Virus record (IMG/VR): IMGVR_UViG_3300005323_000021
Reading direction: 5' to 3' (one strand)
DNA: 41,798 nucleotides
Origin: a virus
Shown: positions 41,438-41,798 of the stretch, one piece after another
How the letters are laid out: the number at the start of each line of letters is the position of its first letter
Position numbering within the stretch: the stretch's first letter is position 1
Position numbers and translations under genes: made by a program
The notes under the pieces: model-generated
Told to the model about the DNA's origin: nothing
Database searches by the model: none
Seen by the model: only the letters and a program-made list of their open reading frames with translations

Positions 41438-41643
41438 GGCCGGCCCTCGATTGGCACCAGCTGAATCTTCACTGCATACCATCCCTGCCGGCGCAGGTCT
41501 GCCCAGGTCTTACCGACGAATTGCTTCACGAATTTTTCAATGGCGTCCTTCCGGTTGATTTCGCACATCGATGGGATGATGTAGTCTCGCATGTTCTGGC
41601 GCCAGCGTTTTCGAGCGATTGACCAGACAATTTGAGGTTTCAC
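41434..41643 (-). CDS. Hypothetical protein (69 aa)
   Basis: GTG 41643 forms GTGA with the stop of the junction-spanning gene. Confidence 0.5.
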   Translation of the reverse strand: MKPQIVWSIARKRWRQNMRDYIIPSMCEINRKDAIEKFVKQFVGKTWADLRRQGWYAVKIQLVPIEGRP

Positions 41644-41798
41644 GAGCTCGCCTCCTTGCCCCACGACTTCGATTCCTCAGGCAGTTTCTTCCCATTCACC
41701 GAAACCTTGATGCACGGATATTTCCGGTGGACCTCTTTGATGCCCTCGCAGAGTTCCGGGAATTTCTCTTTGGCGGCGGGAGTCATCCTGACTTGGAG
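41640..41798 (-). CDS. 3' part of the junction-spanning small gene (same gene as 1..180)
   Basis: The frame is open from the window end to TGA at 41640-41642. An internal ATG at 41786 would give 48 aa. The full 71-aa form needs the circular junction. Confidence 0.5.
   Translation of the reverse strand, partial: LQVRMTPAAKEKFPELCEGIKEVHRKYPCIKVSVNGKKLPEESKSWGKEASS
41676..41798. repeat. Terminal direct repeat, copy 2 (identical to 1-123)
   Basis: Exact 123-nt match to the window start, read by eye base for base. Confidence 0.95.

Overview
The window is a complete tailed-virus genome (siphovirus-like Caudoviricetes, HK97-type head module). The first 123 nt recur exactly as the last 123 nt, giving a 41,675-bp unit, and a small gene reads across that junction. 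The molecule is therefore circular, circularly permuted or terminally redundant. All but one of about 85 genes lie on the minus strand, packed tightly with many ATGA/GTGA/TTGA stop-start overlaps. In transcription order (descending coordinates) the structural module runs from 33067 to 11541: TerS, TerL, portal, MuF-like protein, protease/scaffold, decoration protein, MCP, connectors, major tail protein, chaperones, tape measure, Dit, a DGR cassette, then a Tal-like fibre. The accessory and early arms carry an AbrB-like regulator, RecT/Bet, an RHH protein, an RNA ligase, two DNA methyltransferases, three HNH-type nucleases, a DUF5131 protein, DUF3560, and more than a dozen zinc-ribbon miniproteins. 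The standout is a compact diversity-generating retroelement (DGR) inside the tail module. It has a reverse transcriptase (14402-15406), a 117-bp template repeat (15544-15660) and a matching variable repeat (15714-15830) at the 3' end of a 636-aa tail-fibre-like gene. VR/TR mismatches fall overwhelmingly at template adenines, and no Avd-like accessory gene is recognisable. Other points worth follow-up: an A/T-rich intergenic region with four GTGGAT-N-ATCCAC palindromes and a (CTT)7 tract (candidate origin/operator); two similarly built HNH / small paralog / miniprotein / methyltransferase modules; an RNA ligase gene bracketed by two copies of a 43-aa Cys-rich gene; a 421-bp GC-rich non-coding gap; a possible GINS-like protein; and no recognisable endolysin, integrase or polymerase. 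Together with promoter geometry, these absences hint at an archaeal (methanogen-like) host, but that is not proven. No tRNA, rRNA or CRISPR array was recognised.
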